Origin: Myxococcales bacterium | GTDB lineage: Bacteria > Myxococcota_A > UBA9042 | Direction of reading: 5' to 3' | DNA length: 64,000 nt | Assembly (NCBI GenBank): GCA_009692465.1 | Contig: SHZD01000003.1 | Span: 15,121 to 79,120, forward strand | Shown: one piece after another, positions 60,161 to 64,000 of the stretch | Position numbering within the stretch: the first letter of the stretch is position 1 | How the letters are laid out: each line of letters begins with the position of its first letter | Notes under the pieces: model-generated | Told to the model about the DNA's origin: nothing | Databases searched by the model: none | What the model saw: the letters and a program-made list of their open reading frames with translations, nothing else | Translations under genes and position numbers: made by a program

Positions 60161-62083
60161 ATGACACTGACGCTGCAAGCCAAGATCCCGTCTGGACCGC
60201 TCCAGGGCAAATGGGACAAGCACAAATTCGAGTGCAAGCTGGTTAATCCGGCCAACAAGCGAAAATTCAACATCATAGTGGTCGGCACGGGCTTGGCAGG
60301 GGCATCGGCCGCTGCGAGTTTGGCCGAATTAGGCTACAATGTCAGAGCTTTTTGCTTTCAGGATAGTGCGCGCCGCGCCCACTCGATTGCCGCGCAAGGG
60401 GGCATCAACGCGGCGAAAAACTACCAGAACGACGGCGACTCGGTGTACCGGCTGTTTTACGACACCATCAAAGGTGGCGATTATCGCTCGCGCGAAGCCA
60501 ACGTGTACCGGTTGGCCCAAGTGTCGGTCAACATTATCGATCAGTGCGTGGCCCAAGGGGTACCGTTTGCCAGAGAGTACGGCGGAACCTTGGCCAATCG
60601 CTCCTTTGGCGGCGCCCAGGTCAGCCGTACGTTTTATGCGCGCGGCCAGACCGGTCAGCAGTTGCTGTTGGGTGCCTACTCCGCGCTCAGCAGACAGATT
60701 GGCTTGGGCACGGTCGCCATGCACGAACGCCATGAAATGCTTGACTTGGTGTTGGTCGACGGCCACGCCCGCGGCATTGTCACCCGCGATTTAGTCAGCG
60801 GCGCCATCGACGCGTGGGCGGCAGACGCGGTGGTGTTGGCAACCGGCGGCTACGGCAATGTATTTTTCCTGTCGACCAACGCTCAGGGCTGCAACGTCAC
60901 CGCTACCTGGCGGGCGCACAAGAAAGGGGCGCTGTTCGCCAACCCGTGCTACACCCAAATCCACCCGACCTGCATTCCACGTTCCGGCGACCATCAGAGC
61001 AAGCTCACTCTGATGTCCGAAAGCTTGCGCAACGACGGCCGGGTGTGGGTCCCCAAAGACGCCAGCGACACCGGCAAAAAGCCCGCCGACATCGCCGAGG
61101 CCGACCGCGACTACTACTTGGAGCGCATGTACCCGTCGTTTGGCAATCTGGTGCCACGCGACATCGCCTCGCGCGCCGCCAAACGCATGTGCGACGACGG
61201 CAAGGGCGTTGGCCCCGGCGGTTTGGGGGTGTATTTAGACTTTGGCGACGCCGTCAAACGCTTGGGTACAGAGATCGTCGGCGAACGCTACGGCAACTTG
61301 TTCGAAATGTACCAGCGCATCACCGACGATTCGCCGTACCAAACGCCGATGCGCATTTACCCCGCGGTGCACTACACGATGGGCGGCTTGTGGGTTGATT
61401 ACAACCTTATGAGCAATGTCCAAGGCTTGCATGTGATTGGCGAGGCCAATTTTAGCGACCACGGCGCCAATCGTTTGGGGGCCTCGGCGCTGATGCAAGG
61501 GCTGGCCGACGGTTACTTTGTGCTGCCGTACACCGTTGGCCAGTATCTGGCGACTAGCAATCAGAAGAAGCTGACAGGTAGCGAGAGCGAGTTTACCACC
61601 GCCGTCGCCGCCACCAAGGCTCGCATCGGCCAACTCTTGGCGATTGGAGGCAAACGGTCGCCGAGCAGTTTTCACAAAGAACTTGGGCTGTTGTTGTGGG
61701 ACAAGTGCGGCATGGGCCGCAACGCCGCCGGCTTACAGCAAGCTCTGGCAAAAATCCCCAGCATTCGCGAAGAGTTCTGGGGTAATTGCAATGTGCTTGG
61801 CGATGGCGACAGCTACAACGTCGCCTTGGAAAAAGCTGGGCGGGTCGCCGACTTTTTGGAGTTTGGCGAGCTGATGTGCAAAGACGCCTTGGAGCGCAAC
61901 GAGTCGTGTGGCGGCCATTTTCGCGAGGAATTTCAAAGCGAAGGCGGCGAGGCCCAGCGCGACGACGACAACTACACCCATGTCTCGGCATGGCAGTACA
62001 CCGGCGATCCGGCGACAGCGGTGCTGATCAAGGAACCGTTGATTTTTGAAGAAGTTCATCCATCGACGCGGTCGTACAAGTAG
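60161..62083 (+). CDS. sdhA: Succinate dehydrogenase/fumarate reductase flavoprotein
   Basis: [37 protein letters not shown] and ESCGGHFR. Confidence 0.96.
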   Translation: MTLTLQAKIPSGPLQGKWDKHKFECKLVNPANKRKFNIIVVGTGLAGASAAASLAELGYNVRAFCFQDSARRAHSIAAQGGINAAKNYQNDGDSVYRLFYDTIKGGDYRSREANVYRLAQVSVNIIDQCVAQGVPFAREYGGTLANRSFGGAQVSRTFYARGQTGQQLLLGAYSALSRQIGLGTVAMHERHEMLDLVLVDGHARGIVTRDLVSGAIDAWAADAVVLATGGYGNVFFLSTNAQGCNVTATWRAHKKGALFANPCYTQIHPTCIPRSGDHQSKLTLMSESLRNDGRVWVPKDASDTGKKPADIAEADRDYYLERMYPSFGNLVPRDIASRAAKRMCDDGKGVGPGGLGVYLDFGDAVKRLGTEIVGERYGNLFEMYQRITDDSPYQTPMRIYPAVHYTMGGLWVDYNLMSNVQGLHVIGEANFSDHGANRLGASALMQGLADGYFVLPYTVGQYLATSNQKKLTGSESEFTTAVAATKARIGQLLAIGGKRSPSSFHKELGLLLWDKCGMGRNAAGLQQALAKIPSIREEFWGNCNVLGDGDSYNVALEKAGRVADFLEFGELMCKDALERNESCGGHFREEFQSEGGEAQRDDDNYTHVSAWQYTGDPATAVLIKEPLIFEEVHPSTRSYK

Positions 62084-62092
62084 GAGGCGCCC

Positions 62093-62842
62093 GTGAACCT
62101 GACCCTCAAAGTGTGGCGCCAGAAAAATGCCCAAGCTGCGGGCGCCTTTGTCGATTACGCCATGAGCGACGTCAGCCCAGACATGTCGTTTCTGGAGATG
62201 CTCGACGGCCTAAACGAGACGCTGCAGGCCAAAGGCCAAGAGCCGGTGGCGTTTGACCACGATTGCCGCGAGGGCATCTGCGGCACTTGTTCGTTGGTCA
62301 TCAACGGCATACCGCACGGGCCTGATCGGGCGACCACCACCTGCCAGTTGCACATGCGCAAGTTCAAAGCCGGCGACGTCATCACCATTGAGCCGTGGCG
62401 AGCGGCGCCGTTTGCGGTGATCCGCGACTTGGTGGTTGATCGCGGCGCTTTTGAGCGCATCCAACGCCGCGGCGGTTTTGTGTCGGTGGGCACCGGACAC
62501 GCGCCGGACGCCAACGCCATGGCTATCCCAAAGCGCCAAGCGGACTTGGCCATGGACGCGGCCCAGTGCATCGGCTGCGGGGCCTGCGTGGCGGCGTGCA
62601 AGAACGCCTCGGCCATGCTGTTTGTCGGGGCAAAAGTTAGCCAATACGCCCACTTGCCGCAGGGCCAGCCCGAACGTTTCCGGCGGGTGCTGGCGATGGT
62701 CGAGCAACACGATGCCGAAGGCTTTGGGGCGTGTACCAACTATCAGGAGTGCGAGGCCGTGTGTCCCAAAGAGATCAGCGTGCGGGTGATTGGCGAGATG
62801 AATCGCGATTATTTGCGCGCAGTTCTGGTAGGTGTCGAGTAG
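62093..62842 (+). CDS. sdhB: Succinate dehydrogenase iron-sulfur subunit
   Basis: [20 protein letters not shown] and [12 protein letters not shown]. Confidence 0.96.
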   Translation: MNLTLKVWRQKNAQAAGAFVDYAMSDVSPDMSFLEMLDGLNETLQAKGQEPVAFDHDCREGICGTCSLVINGIPHGPDRATTTCQLHMRKFKAGDVITIEPWRAAPFAVIRDLVVDRGAFERIQRRGGFVSVGTGHAPDANAMAIPKRQADLAMDAAQCIGCGACVAACKNASAMLFVGAKVSQYAHLPQGQPERFRRVLAMVEQHDAEGFGACTNYQECEAVCPKEISVRVIGEMNRDYLRAVLVGVE

Positions 62843-62850
62843 CCGGCGCG

Positions 62851-62975
62851 CTAGGAGCGTGTCGGAGTATTCCGACTCGCTCCTAGCGCCGTCTGGCTAG
62901 ACGGCGGCAACTGTCCGAAACTGCACGGATTCACTCCGGGCAGTTTCGGACAGTTGAGAATATTTGACTGGCTAG
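62851..62975. mobile_element. Family D repeat lacking the 85-bp unit
   Basis: 36-bp palindrome plus core, ending at a single CTAG. Confidence 0.85.
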
Positions 62976-63002
62976 CCATGCCAAAAAATCGCGCGTCAGC
63001 CT

Positions 63003-63105
63003 GCGGCCACGCCCCCAGATCTGGCGCTAGCCGCCGGCCACGCCCCCAGATCTGGCGCTAGCCGCCGGCCACGCCCCCAGATCTGGCGCTAGCCGCCGGC
63101 CACGC
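63003..63105. repeat. 31-bp tandem repeat (~3.3 copies) copying the metH 3' end
   Basis: Unit CTAGCCGCCGGCCACGCCCCCAGATCTGGCG. The last partial copy is the metH stop and final codons. Confidence 0.9.
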
Positions 63106-64000
63106 TACTGCCCAGCGCCCGTTCGACCTCGGCGACCCCCATGCCCTTGCGCCGCGCGTAGTCGGCCACCTGATCTGGGCCCACTTGGCCGACGCTAAAA
63201 TAGCGCGCCTGTGGATGCCCCAAGTACAATCCCGACACCGACGCCCCAGGGTACATCGCCAGCGTTTCCGTCAGCGTAATCCCCAGTTCGTCGGGCCGCA
63301 GCAATGACCACAGCTTGAGTTTTTCGGTGTGATCGGGGCAGGCCGGATAGCCAATCGCAGGGCGAATCCCTACATAGCGCTCGGCAATCAGCGCCTCATT
63401 GTCCAAACTCTCGTCGGCGGCGTACCAGCTGCGGCGCACTTGAGCGTGCAGCCATTCGGTCGCGGCTTCGGCCAGCCGATCGGCGAGCGCTTTGGCCAAA
63501 ATAGCCGAATAATCATCGTGCTCAGCCATCGCAGCCTCGACCAGCTTTTCCAGGCCAATACCCGCAGTCACCGCAAAACCGCCGACGTAATCGGGCACTT
63601 GCAGATCGCGCGGCGCCACGAAGTCGGCCAGACTCAGGTACGGCTTGGCCGCATCGGTTTTTTGCTGTTGTTGCCGGAGCATGCAAAACCGCGCCACTTC
63701 GTGGCTGTGCTCTTCGTCGGCAAACAGGACCACATCGTTGCCTTGGCTATGAGCCGGCCACACGCCCCACACTGCTCTGATTTCCAGCTGATTTTGGGAA
63801 ACGATGGTCTGCAACATGGCCTGAGCACTGGCAAACAGGTCGCGCGCCGCCTCGCCATGGTCGGGATGCTGCAAGATCTGCGGGTAGCGGCCCTTCAGAT
63901 CCCAAGCGCTGAACAGAAAGGTCCAATCGATGCACTGCGCGACTGCCGCCAACGGCACCTGCATCTGCACTTGCCGCCCGAGCTTTTGCGGTTTGGCGAC
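63089..64000 (-). CDS. metH: Cobalamin-dependent methionine synthase, C-terminal activation domain (partial)
   Basis: IDWTFLF, LRQQ, LADFVAP, LADRLAEA, GIRPAIGYPACPDH and SVSGLY. Confidence 0.93.
   Translation of the reverse strand, partial: VAKPQKLGRQVQMQVPLAAVAQCIDWTFLFSAWDLKGRYPQILQHPDHGEAARDLFASAQAMLQTIVSQNQLEIRAVWGVWPAHSQGNDVVLFADEEHSHEVARFCMLRQQQQKTDAAKPYLSLADFVAPRDLQVPDYVGGFAVTAGIGLEKLVEAAMAEHDDYSAILAKALADRLAEAATEWLHAQVRRSWYAADESLDNEALIAERYVGIRPAIGYPACPDHTEKLKLWSLLRPDELGITLTETLAMYPGASVSGLYLGHPQARYFSVGQVGPDQVADYARRKGMGVAEVERALGSSVAGG

Overview
GC-rich bacterial chromosomal window, most likely Myxococcota. This is inferred from a MYXO-CTERM-like tail and several giant Cys-rich lipoproteins. 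About 45 CDSs can be supported. Housekeeping genes: murC-like fragment, speE, gph, clpB-thiS-thiG-thiE, orphan nuoB, hutH, CNNM/hemolysin, bolA-grxD, mdh-sdhCAB and a partial metH. Secreted or lipoprotein enzymes: lysyl-oxidase-like protein, S8 protease, GH13 amylase and two EEP phosphodiesterases. Isoprenoid genes: a CrtC/AttH-lipocalin::GGPP-synthase fusion, crtY, and a crtU-like gene broken by one in-frame TAA. No tRNA, rRNA, CRISPR array or transposase was seen. The most unusual feature is a dense set of more than 20 short non-autonomous repeats in several families. One is a 135-bp TIR element with 3-bp TNA target duplications, two copies of which sit in frame inside lipoprotein N-termini. 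Others are diverged relatives with conserved hairpins, a nested CTAG-bounded composite element, a post-stop-codon element, a dispersed ~28-46 bp motif, and tandem arrays whose unit copies the stop-codon region of the adjacent gene. Start codons that differ from the supplied ORF track were chosen by eye.
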